This document shows, piece after piece, positions 28,126 through 36,754 of a DNA stretch of 64,000 nucleotides. The DNA comes from Halobacteria archaeon. GTDB lineage: Archaea; Methanobacteriota_B; Thermococci; Methanofastidiosales; NM3. Position 1 is the first letter of the stretch, and each line of letters begins with the position of its first letter. Location: positions 8,223-72,222 of the forward strand of contig DAINBB010000002.1 in NCBI GenBank assembly GCA_036733165.1, written 5' to 3'. Position numbers and translations under genes: made by a program. Below the pieces are notes generated by a model that saw nothing but the letters and a program-made list of their open reading frames with translations, had not been told where the DNA came from and ran no database searches.

Positions 28126-29793
28126 TCAAATGACATCCATCATATCGTTGAGCTTGGATTGAATCTGTTGAAGCCTTGACTTGGCAATGTCCATCAACCC
28201 CTGATCCAAATACGCCTCATCGCTGCTAAATGATCTAGCATAGAAAGCATATAACTCATCGAAACGCTCTCGGTATATGAAGTAATTATCCTTATTTGAC
28301 GGATCGAGTTCATCGAAAAACTCATCGACCCATTGAACAAAGTTGACAAGAAGGCTGTTCTTGATATTGATGGTTTTTTCTTGAAATGATACAAAAGAGT
28401 CCAATTCCTCATTTGCGGCAGGGGGGCGTTCCTCTAAGGTCTGTTGTACGCCTTCACTGCCCAGATCGATAGAAGAAGGCGCCCCTTCGTCTTCTGTGAA
28501 CTGTTCTGAGGCCCTTTTTATTGCAGAGACATTCTTCTTTGGCTTTTCTTTTGGTATGTAAGTTTTATTTCCGTTTGACCTAGCATGGACAAACAAGGCC
28601 AAGAATATCAATAATAGGGCAAAGCCACCCCCACCATATAAAAGATATTTTCTATCTATGTTAAAGGTACTATTCGACGGCGGCGTTGTGGGTACGGGTG
28701 TTTGGAGATTCAGAAATTGTTGTGCGATTGCAATATTCTGATCACATAACGACACCTTCTCAGAATCTGAGTAATCCTCATAAATATCCTTGGCATATTG
28801 GTATTTAGATATTGCAAGCTCGTAATTTTGATTGTTCAGCGCACTAGTGGCCTCGCTGTAATAATTGGCAGCCAGTATATAATCATTGCATTTGTTTATC
28901 AAGACATCGATATCAGACACCACTTCATCCTCTTCCAGGGAACTGTATCCTGTCTTAACGTATCCCAATAATGTAAGAGCGGAAGCATAGTCATTGGCAG
29001 ACATCAATAAGAGGGCGTCGTCATAATCGGATTGTAGGGAGGGGTAAAGCTCACATTTCTGAATCTGTGAGTTACAATATGAAACCTTTGCGTCATCCGA
29101 TAGAAAGTCAAAATTGGTCAAGGCAGATTGGTACTGTTCCTTGGCAAGAACGTAACTCCCCTCAGAATAATAGTCATCGGCACTGGATAAATCAGCGTTG
29201 GCCTCAATATATTTATCACATTTGATTATTCTTTGAGAGCACGTAATCGAATTGTAAACGTCTCCCAAATCATCATATATCTCCTTTGCACTTTCATAAT
29301 AATATTTAGAAGTATCATACTCTTCCAAATCAAAATAACGTTCGGCATTAAGATAAAAGGTTTCTGCAGATGCCCTTAAATTGTCATCATATACTAATGC
29401 CTCGTTTATCTTAGAGGAATAATATGCGAAAGTTTTTAGACCTCGAAGAATGGCATATGGTTCATCGGTTAGATGTTCAGCTAATTCATCGTATATCACA
29501 ACAGTGGGCAATTCCTCGATATCGTAAAGATTGACCAATGTCGTCTCTCCGTTATCTAAATTCAAACTTATAATATAGACAGATGTACCATAATAATCTT
29601 CAATATCGTCCATTATATCATCGCTAGTTGAACAATCAGCGCATGTAGAGTCCCAAAAATAGACCATTATGACAAGACCATTTCCCAATGCATTTTCAAC
29701 ATTGCTTGAAGAATCAGTGGCAGTTGTATATTGAAAAGACGATAACATCAATAACATCATCAAAACAACAGTGATGAGCCAACAACTGCGCAT
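28126..29793 (-). CDS. membrane-spanning surface protein: signal peptide, thioredoxin-like CxxC domain, Tyr-rich TPR-like repeats, one TM helix, cytoplasmic tail
   Basis: MVYFWDSTCADCS thioredoxin-like motif, repeated ..YY..A...Y.. helices, a TM at GGGGFALLLIFLALFV, and a ~170 aa C-terminal domain. Confidence 0.45.
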   Translation of the reverse strand: MRSCWLITVVLMMLLMLSSFQYTTATDSSSNVENALGNGLVIMVYFWDSTCADCSTSDDIMDDIEDYYGTSVYIISLNLDNGETTLVNLYDIEELPTVVIYDELAEHLTDEPYAILRGLKTFAYYSSKINEALVYDDNLRASAETFYLNAERYFDLEEYDTSKYYYESAKEIYDDLGDVYNSITCSQRIIKCDKYIEANADLSSADDYYSEGSYVLAKEQYQSALTNFDFLSDDAKVSYCNSQIQKCELYPSLQSDYDDALLLMSANDYASALTLLGYVKTGYSSLEEDEVVSDIDVLINKCNDYILAANYYSEATSALNNQNYELAISKYQYAKDIYEDYSDSEKVSLCDQNIAIAQQFLNLQTPVPTTPPSNSTFNIDRKYLLYGGGGFALLLIFLALFVHARSNGNKTYIPKEKPKKNVSAIKRASEQFTEDEGAPSSIDLGSEGVQQTLEERPPAANEELDSFVSFQEKTINIKNSLLVNFVQWVDEFFDELDPSNKDNYFIYRERFDELYAFYARSFSSDEAYLDQGLMDIAKSRLQQIQSKLNDMMDVI

Positions 29794-29835
29794 AATATAG
29801 ATATATATAAAAATTATAAAAAGGTTTTTACTTCT

Positions 29836-30504
29836 ATGAAAGAGGAAAAAGAGAAGAGAATGGTGGGGGTCTACGCATCCAAATTTGTCAAAGACGGACA
29901 GGTCATCGGACTTGGCACTGGAAGCACCGTTGCATACTTTGCAGAGGCGTTGGGTGAAAGGATTCTCAATGGAGAAAGTTTTCTTGCTGTTCCAACCTCA
30001 TATCAATCAATAGATCTATGTAAAAAATATGGAATTACCTTAACAACGCTGGATGAACACCGCCCAGAATGTGCATTTGATGGTGCCGATGAAGTGGATA
30101 AGAGCAATAATCTTATCAAGGGGCGTGGCGGGGCCATGACTCAAGAAAAGATAGTAGACTATTATTCAAATGAATTCTTTGTTCTTGTGGATAAATCAAA
30201 ACTAGTTAAGATACTAGGTTCTAACTTTCCTCTACCAATTGAAGTGATCCCCAAGGCCATAAAACCGGTTATAGATAAATTATCCGAAATGGGGAGTCCC
30301 ATGGTAAGGCCTGCAATAAATAAGGACGGTCCAGTGATTACCGATAATGGTAATTTTATCGTTGACCTAAAAACAATAATAAAAAATCCAAAAGAAATGG
30401 AAATTAATATAAATAATATACCAGGGGTCGTGGAGAATGGCATTTTTACACGAAAATGTAAAATAATAGTGCCAAATGACAACGACATCATTGATGTTAT
30501 TTAA
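29836..30504 (+). CDS. rpiA: ribose-5-phosphate isomerase A
   Basis: GLGTGSTVAYF and DGADEVD motifs. Confidence 0.8.
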   Translation: MKEEKEKRMVGVYASKFVKDGQVIGLGTGSTVAYFAEALGERILNGESFLAVPTSYQSIDLCKKYGITLTTLDEHRPECAFDGADEVDKSNNLIKGRGGAMTQEKIVDYYSNEFFVLVDKSKLVKILGSNFPLPIEVIPKAIKPVIDKLSEMGSPMVRPAINKDGPVITDNGNFIVDLKTIIKNPKEMEININNIPGVVENGIFTRKCKIIVPNDNDIIDVI

Positions 30505-30518
30505 CATCAATAACATCA
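30492..30518. promoter_or_regulatory. perfect 10 bp inverted repeat TGATGTTATT-N7-AATAACATCA overlapping the rpiA stop codon
   Basis: Read directly from the sequence. Lies upstream of the coiled-coil wHTH gene and shares the GATGTTAT core with repeats at 31250-31287. Confidence 0.5.
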
Positions 30519-30540
30519 CCGTTTATAATTAATTAGAAAA

Positions 30541-31242
30541 TTGTCTTTTTTTTTAGATTTAATCAATAATTATAAATTATTCGATAACATCATCGAAAAC
30601 TATTTATTATATCATATATTACTATACCTCATGGGATTACTATCTGCTCTTGGATTGAAAAGAAATGATGACAAGCTAGAACAAGAAATCACAAAATTGA
30701 AGGAAACTGTAGAAATACAAAGTCAACAGAATATTGAAGGAATAAGAAATGATATAAGATCTCTGTTTTCAGAAGTTCAGAATATAAAGACTGGACTCAA
30801 GGACTGTTCATCAGGGATTGAGAAAAGTGAATTTAAAATATCCAAACTAGCCGAAAAGATGGTAGAAATCGAAAATAATATGCTAAAAGTTGTATACAGA
30901 GACGAAATCGACTTAATAAAGAAAGAATTCGATTATATACAGGAAGATATTAAAAATATAAAAGAATCACAAGCGAAAATCACTGATAAAGTGATTAATT
31001 TTGCCTTAGATAAAGGCAAAAGTACCAATGTTGAACCCTCAGAAAGTGTGATTTTAGAACCATTAACCGATTTTGAAAAAGAAGTCCTTTCAGAATACAA
31101 AAATGATATCACTTCGGACGCCATAGTTAAGGATACTGGCATGTCCAAAGGGCACATTTCAAGAACTCTGAAAGGCCTCTATAAGAAAGGATATCTTTCC
31201 AGAAAGAGAAAAGGTAAAGAATATATATATTACAAAAAATGA
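30541..31242 (+). CDS. coiled-coil protein with a C-terminal winged-HTH (MarR/TrmB-like)
   Basis: Long heptad-rich central region, and a C-terminal ..DTGMSKGHISRTLKGLYKKGYLSRKRKGKEYIY wHTH. The start codon is uncertain. Confidence 0.45.
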   Translation: MSFFLDLINNYKLFDNIIENYLLYHILLYLMGLLSALGLKRNDDKLEQEITKLKETVEIQSQQNIEGIRNDIRSLFSEVQNIKTGLKDCSSGIEKSEFKISKLAEKMVEIENNMLKVVYRDEIDLIKKEFDYIQEDIKNIKESQAKITDKVINFALDKGKSTNVEPSESVILEPLTDFEKEVLSEYKNDITSDAIVKDTGMSKGHISRTLKGLYKKGYLSRKRKGKEYIYYKK

Positions 31243-31249
31243 TAAGAAT

Positions 31250-31287
31250 GACATCGATGATGTTATTGTGATATCATTGATGTTATA
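31250..31287. repeat. two direct copies of an 18 nt motif (GACATCGATGATGTTATT / GATATCATTGATGTTATA) that also occurs at 30484-30501
   Basis: Direct reading: 30484 GACATCATTGATGTTATT; 31250 GACATCGATGATGTTATT; 31270 GATATCATTGATGTTATA. Confidence 0.6.
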
Positions 31288-31696
31288 ATACATCATCAAG
31301 AATTGTTATCATTTTTTTTCTCATATTTTGAAATGTACGTTCACTTTCACTTTCTTTGGCATCCTTCAATAATTCGAGCAATTCGATGTAAATATCGATG
31401 GATTCAACCGGGATCAGGTTCGCGTATATACCTAAAATGAAGGTGGCCATTGACTTGTCGATGTTGGCTTTTGCTAAGCGAATGTTATCCGATATCGCTT
31501 GTTTTGTAACTAAACGGTGCTCAGCAATGTCTTGTACTGTCACAGAATCTCCAAATTCCTTGTTCCAAATATAAGAAACGTAATCTTTTAGCTGTATTTT
31601 ACTAAAAAAACTGATTTTCATTAATTTATTAGCAAAATAATCAGAATCTAACCATTTATCTATATAATTATATGAGTATTTCATGAAATCATCCAA
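31283..31696 (-). CDS. hypothetical protein with a putative HTH
   Basis: 137 aa. VTVQDIAEHRLVTKQAISDNIRLAKANI looks like an HTH. Confidence 0.35.
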   Translation of the reverse strand: MDDFMKYSYNYIDKWLDSDYFANKLMKISFFSKIQLKDYVSYIWNKEFGDSVTVQDIAEHRLVTKQAISDNIRLAKANIDKSMATFILGIYANLIPVESIDIYIELLELLKDAKESESERTFQNMRKKMITILDDVL

Positions 31697-31788
31697 GTCA
31701 AGGCATTTTACTTGACAAGTATATTTCAGAAGACTATTTAAATATTATCATAATCTTATAGTTATATAATTTTCAATATACTAGGTAT

Positions 31789-32274
31789 GTGAATTCTATG
31801 AAGAAGGTTTATCTTAATTGGACTAAGGTGGACGAAGCCATCTGGACTCTAAAGGATGAGATATGGAAAGAATTCGTTCCAGACATCATTGTTGGTGTGG
31901 CCAGGGGCGGACTAATACCTGCAGTGAGACTATCACATATAACAAACAACACTTTGATGAGAGTTGTAGATGTCAAGTTTTATACAGATATAGAAAAAAG
32001 AACTGAAAAACCTACCATTACTGTCCCTTTAACTGAAAATATCACTGATCTCAACGTTTTAATCGCTGATGACGTAGCAGATACAGGAAAAACGTTAGTA
32101 GAGGTCAAAAAACACATTAAATCATTAAATCCTAAGAAAATTAAGGTGGCCGTTATAGCAAAAAAGCCTCAAAGCATAATTGATCCAGACTATTATGTAT
32201 TTGAAACGGACAAGTGGATTATATTCCCCTGGGAAAAGATGCCCGTTGAAAGGGGAAGTGGAGAAATGGTATGA
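31789..32274 (+). CDS. type I phosphoribosyltransferase (purine PRTase-like)
   Basis: PRPP-binding motif VLIADDVADTGKTL. Confidence 0.55.
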   Translation: MNSMKKVYLNWTKVDEAIWTLKDEIWKEFVPDIIVGVARGGLIPAVRLSHITNNTLMRVVDVKFYTDIEKRTEKPTITVPLTENITDLNVLIADDVADTGKTLVEVKKHIKSLNPKKIKVAVIAKKPQSIIDPDYYVFETDKWIIFPWEKMPVERGSGEMV

Positions 32275-32822
32275 CAAGGTTATTTGTAGCGATAAATCTA
32301 GACGATGAAATAAAAAAGACCATTGTGTCCATAGATGATCTATTTTCAAAAAGTAGCATAAATGCAAAATTCACATCCCCTGAAAATATGCACATGACTT
32401 TGAAGTTTATTGGTGAATGGCCCTTCAATGATGTTAATGATGTCATCGATATCCTCAATGATGTCAAGACATCATTCAAGCCTTTCAATGTCGATTTCGA
32501 AGGAATTGGGGGATTCCCAAATGATCATGCTCCTCGTATCATATGGGTTGGTGGAAAATCAAGGACATTGGTCGATATGGCAGGTAAAATTGATAAAAAT
32601 CTATCAACGTTGGGTATAAAAAAGGAAAATAGGCCCTTCTCCTCCCATATAACCTTGGCAAGGGTAAAAAATATCTTGAATAGAGATGATATCATTAACA
32701 TCATTCATGCCAATAAAGATGTCGCCATAGGCAGCCAACATGTCACGGAGTTCTGTCTCAAGAAAAGTGAATTGACCCCAAATGGGCCAATATATTCTGA
32801 TGTGGAGGTATTTACCCTATGA
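32271..32822 (+). CDS. thpR: RNA 2',3'-cyclic phosphodiesterase (LigT/ThpR, 2H family)
   Basis: Two H-x-T/S-x motifs (HMTLKF, HITLAR). Start overlaps the upstream gene by 4 nt. Confidence 0.75.
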   Translation: MTRLFVAINLDDEIKKTIVSIDDLFSKSSINAKFTSPENMHMTLKFIGEWPFNDVNDVIDILNDVKTSFKPFNVDFEGIGGFPNDHAPRIIWVGGKSRTLVDMAGKIDKNLSTLGIKKENRPFSSHITLARVKNILNRDDIINIIHANKDVAIGSQHVTEFCLKKSELTPNGPIYSDVEVFTL

Positions 32823-34060
32823 ACATGGAAGAGGTCTTAAGATTAATAGTCCCTGATCAGGAAGAAAAGGAAGAGGCCCTGAAAAAATATGGAGAAGTAT
32901 CTGACTACATAGAAAAGAGATTCGGAAGAGAAACCATCCTAGTGGGGTCGGTTGCCAAAGATACCTTCCTAAAGGGAGACAAAGACCTTGACATATTCGT
33001 TTACTTCAATATTGATGAAAAACGCGAGGAGATGGAGAAAGAAGCCCTGCTGATTGGCAAATCGGTGTTTGAACATTTTGGGAATGAATACCAAGTTGAA
33101 TATGCCGAACACCCTTATGTATCGGGGATCGTCGATGGATATGATATAGAGATCGTGCCCTGCTACAAGATCAAGAATGCTCACAACATAATCTCAGCGG
33201 TAGATAGAACGCCATTCCATTTGTCATTTGTCAAAGACCATCTGAGAGACTGCCAGAAAGATGATGTCAGGCTGCTCAAAAAATTTTTAAAGGCACAAAA
33301 AATGTACGGCGCCGACTCAAAGGTCAATGGATTCTCGGGATATCTATGCGAACTGTTGATAATACATTATGGTTCCTTCGAAGGATTGGCAAGGTCGGCC
33401 ATTAATTGGGAAGTAGGGGAAACGATAGAGTTTTTAAGGCCAGTCAATGTGTTTAAAGACCCCCTGATCATTATTGATCCCGTTGATCCAAATCGCAATG
33501 TGGCTTCCCCGGTATCCTTGGACACGTATTCAAGATTCGTGCTGGAATGTAAGAGATACTTTGACACGAAGGACGAGGGCATGTTCGCAGGGCCCGAGAT
33601 GGGTTATGAACCCATTGAAGGCGGCAGGTTGATCGTCATCCAGGTCGATATGGACGTGCTTGAAGATATTTTTTATTCCCAATGTAGAAAGTTTCTTGCC
33701 ACAATCAAAAGGTCCTTCAAGAGCGAGGGATTCACTTTGTATAGGTCAGGCATATTCTCCAAAGGTCTCGTGCTGGACATCGAGACTGGGGACCTGCCTA
33801 CCATAAAGAAACACATGGGGCCAAGGATTGGCAATGTGGAGAACATGCAAAGATTCCTTTCGAAGAATAGATGCGTCTTTGCAGAGGGGGGACATCTCTT
33901 CTCCTTCAGAGAGAGAAGATACAATGATGTCATTGATGTCATCAATGATATTATAAAAGATAAGGTAGGGATGGGAAATCATCTTAAAAAGGCAAATTTA
34001 AAAATATTATCAAAAGAAAGTGCATATTTATCTATAAAAGATGAAATTATTTATTATTAA
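32819..34060 (+). CDS. cca: CCA-adding tRNA nucleotidyltransferase (archaeal class I)
   Basis: GSVAKDTFLKGDKDLDIFV polymerase-beta-like motif. 413 aa. Start overlaps the upstream stop. Confidence 0.8.
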   Translation: MNMEEVLRLIVPDQEEKEEALKKYGEVSDYIEKRFGRETILVGSVAKDTFLKGDKDLDIFVYFNIDEKREEMEKEALLIGKSVFEHFGNEYQVEYAEHPYVSGIVDGYDIEIVPCYKIKNAHNIISAVDRTPFHLSFVKDHLRDCQKDDVRLLKKFLKAQKMYGADSKVNGFSGYLCELLIIHYGSFEGLARSAINWEVGETIEFLRPVNVFKDPLIIIDPVDPNRNVASPVSLDTYSRFVLECKRYFDTKDEGMFAGPEMGYEPIEGGRLIVIQVDMDVLEDIFYSQCRKFLATIKRSFKSEGFTLYRSGIFSKGLVLDIETGDLPTIKKHMGPRIGNVENMQRFLSKNRCVFAEGGHLFSFRERRYNDVIDVINDIIKDKVGMGNHLKKANLKILSKESAYLSIKDEIIYY

Positions 34061-35172
34061 AGAGTAATTACCTCATCGGATGCACAATCTAATTTAGTAT
34101 ATATATTATCTCCATTATAATAGATGTATATGGTGTCAATGATGTCAGGAAGGTCAAAGTACAATGTAAGGCCATCTATGTTTTCCTCGCTTGTTATCGT
34201 CACTAAAAGCTCGTTGAGGGATTCCTTATAATCAACTTCAATCCCAGAAAGCATGTTGTACCATTCCAGATATTCATGGATTGTTGGCATCCATATGTTA
34301 TTCTCGTTTGCATGCTCCAAGAACCGCTCCATCATCTCCAACGCCTCGTATCTTCCAGTTATCTCATTGACTGCCATCAATCGCGGCAGATGCGTGAAGA
34401 CCAAGAAGGGGGTTCCTTTCTTCAGGCAGGCATCGAATCTCGTTGTCAGTTCATGGTATACTGTTGAAGAGTTCTCAGGTGTGACATCCCAAAAATAATC
34501 CTCTGGAAAACAGGGGATCTCGATGATGTCAATATCATCACCAAAAAAAGGATGGAAAGTGTCCTTTGGATTGTATGGAAAAACATTGAATATGGAAGCT
34601 GAGGAACAATATTGGAATCCCGCCTCTTCCAAAGCCTTGTAAGTATTGGTATTTTTCCAGAAGGAGGGCGGCCTGAACCCGTATATCTCCCCAAATAGGG
34701 ACTCAAGATCCTCTTTCCCACTGCTTATTATGGAAAGTTGCTCATCGTACGACTTTCCCTTCAACTCCATGGTTGGATAGTGTATATATCCATGAAGGGC
34801 CATCTCGTCTCCCTGAGACAGGGCCTCGTTCAGGGCTTCGATCAATTCCTGGTTCTGAGACAGCGTTCTTTCCTCTCCGCCGTATCTGGGTATTATGAAA
34901 TATGTCACGTCGGCCTGATATTTTTCCGTAAGTTCCATAATCATCTGGATCTCTTCAGCAGAGGTCATATAGGAAACATCGTCAATCGTCAATATGGCGA
35001 CGCCTTCGTTTCCGGAGGGGAATCTACCTATAGAACAATATTCGTTGTCTAGGTCAAATGGGTCCCAATAAGATGAGAAAGGAGAAAAGTATCTTTGGAC
35101 ATTGATCGTGTAAAGATAAGAACTAACTAAAATTATTAGGAACAGAATAAACAGGTATCTTCTCCTTATCAT
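34057..35172 (-). CDS. putative polysaccharide deacetylase-like protein (DUF2334-like?) with an N-terminal TM anchor
   Basis: N-terminal hydrophobic anchor. The DDVSYMTS...YFIIP region resembles a deacetylase-like fold. This assignment is weak. Confidence 0.35.
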   Translation of the reverse strand: MIRRRYLFILFLIILVSSYLYTINVQRYFSPFSSYWDPFDLDNEYCSIGRFPSGNEGVAILTIDDVSYMTSAEEIQMIMELTEKYQADVTYFIIPRYGGEERTLSQNQELIEALNEALSQGDEMALHGYIHYPTMELKGKSYDEQLSIISSGKEDLESLFGEIYGFRPPSFWKNTNTYKALEEAGFQYCSSASIFNVFPYNPKDTFHPFFGDDIDIIEIPCFPEDYFWDVTPENSSTVYHELTTRFDACLKKGTPFLVFTHLPRLMAVNEITGRYEALEMMERFLEHANENNIWMPTIHEYLEWYNMLSGIEVDYKESLNELLVTITSEENIDGLTLYFDLPDIIDTIYIYYNGDNIYTKLDCASDEVITL

Positions 35173-35177
35173 CACTT

Positions 35178-35411
35178 TCACTTTGATAGATTGCTGAGGG
35201 CAACAGTATATAGCGCTATTAGCAAGTCCTGATTCTCCTCTGCATCTCCGACCAGCGCCGATGCCGCGATCTGTTTGAGGGCGATGCACTTTATCATTGC
35301 CATCCTAACGGATTCGGTCTCGTTGTCCTTGAGCTTTATACCATTAAGGTCGAATATATGCTTGATGTTCTGCCTGTCGGTCTCTGCAATTTCATCTGGT
35401 GTCATTTCCAT
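35178..35411 (-). CDS. small hypothetical protein
   Basis: 77 aa ORF in the otherwise empty gap upstream of the deacetylase-like gene. Confidence 0.3.
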   Translation of the reverse strand: MEMTPDEIAETDRQNIKHIFDLNGIKLKDNETESVRMAMIKCIALKQIAASALVGDAEENQDLLIALYTVALSNLSK

Positions 35412-35549
35412 TTATAAGTCACCTTTTGCCTTAGGTATCCTCTGGGTTATATTAAATTTTTCCATAAGATTTTTAAATTCTGCAAAACGGGTTACTTCAG
35501 CCGTCGGGATACTATTAATAAATTATTTATTGTGTAGTTCTCATACTGT

Positions 35550-36236
35550 GTGGAGAAAATGCTTTCTTTAGGAACGTCATTCTATGAGCTCATAGGGGCA
35601 ATAGCCTTGATCCTGATAGTTTTTACAATATTATTGATAGTGTTCGGATTGATACAGCTCATGATCTCCATGAGGATAAACAAGTTCATATTTCCTAATC
35701 TTCAGTCTTTTCTGGTGGATACATTCTATTCCGTGTTTGAGAGCGCCTTCGGCATTTTCAATGTTCCCTCCGACGTGTTGGAAGAGTGGAGCATAACTCT
35801 CAAGAATCATGCGAACCGGGAGCACTTCATCAAGGTCCCGGTTTCTAAAAGGATAGTGGTGTTGCCCCAATGTCTTAGATCCATAAACTGTCCAGCGAAT
35901 CTGTCTGCAAAGGATGGCATTCGATGTCTTGATTGCGGGAGATGTATGATAAAAGAGTTCAGGAAAAGGGCAGAGGAGCTTGGCTACAAGGTCTTCGTGG
36001 TCCCTGGAGGGACCTTTGTAAAACGGATCATCAAGAAAGAAAGGCCCGAAGCCGTGATAGGTGTCGGTTGCTTTCCCGACCTCGTGGAGGGGATGAAGAT
36101 ATCAAAACGGGCCGGTATAGCATCCCAAGGAGTGCTGTTAGAGACCAGCGGGTGCATCGAGACCATCATAGAATGGAGCAAATTGTATGAAAAGTTATAT
36201 CTTGGATTAGATATAAATAAGGAGGTCATCGCTTGA
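35550..36236 (+). CDS. DUF116-family membrane protein (conserved Cys pairs)
   Basis: N-terminal TM helices, then LRSINCPANL...CLDCGRCMIKEF and a conserved C-terminal block typical of DUF116. Confidence 0.5.
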   Translation: MEKMLSLGTSFYELIGAIALILIVFTILLIVFGLIQLMISMRINKFIFPNLQSFLVDTFYSVFESAFGIFNVPSDVLEEWSITLKNHANREHFIKVPVSKRIVVLPQCLRSINCPANLSAKDGIRCLDCGRCMIKEFRKRAEELGYKVFVVPGGTFVKRIIKKERPEAVIGVGCFPDLVEGMKISKRAGIASQGVLLETSGCIETIIEWSKLYEKLYLGLDINKEVIA

Positions 36237-36754
36237 GAAGGTTAGGATTGTGTCTTGTCCTGATCATAATATCCTTTTCACTCATCTATGTTGGTGCCAT
36301 GGAACAGGACGTTAAAAGATCACGGAACATATCTTCAGCCCTCTGCCTAGCATGTCTGGGCATAACGAACACGTTCGAGGATAAGCTCATCATCGACGAC
36401 CTTACGCGCATCCAATATTCTGGAATCGACAATGATGTCACCATCTATATCTATTCCACTGAGACCTGCACCACCTGCCCCCATGTGATAGAGATGTGCG
36501 AAGAGATGGAGAAGTTCTCAGATAGGATAACTGTGGAAGAGATAAAGCTGGAAGAGGACGAAGAGAAGTTCTATGAGATGGCAAACGAATACGGTGTCGA
36601 GGTCAGCCAAGGGGTGCCTTGGATAACAATAGACAATGGCACTGAAACAATCACATGGAGATATGAGGAGTATCTCGATGGGTATCCCAAGAACAATGAT
36701 CCAAGATTCATTACGCAAGTTATCGACATGGTGATAAAGTTTGGAACGGCGTAG
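36233..36754 (+). CDS. secreted thioredoxin-fold protein with a CxxC motif
   Basis: Signal peptide (MRRLGLCLVLIIISFSLIYVGA), then IYIYSTETCTTCPHV. Start overlaps the DUF116 stop. Confidence 0.5.
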   Translation: MRRLGLCLVLIIISFSLIYVGAMEQDVKRSRNISSALCLACLGITNTFEDKLIIDDLTRIQYSGIDNDVTIYIYSTETCTTCPHVIEMCEEMEKFSDRITVEEIKLEEDEEKFYEMANEYGVEVSQGVPWITIDNGTETITWRYEEYLDGYPKNNDPRFITQVIDMVIKFGTA

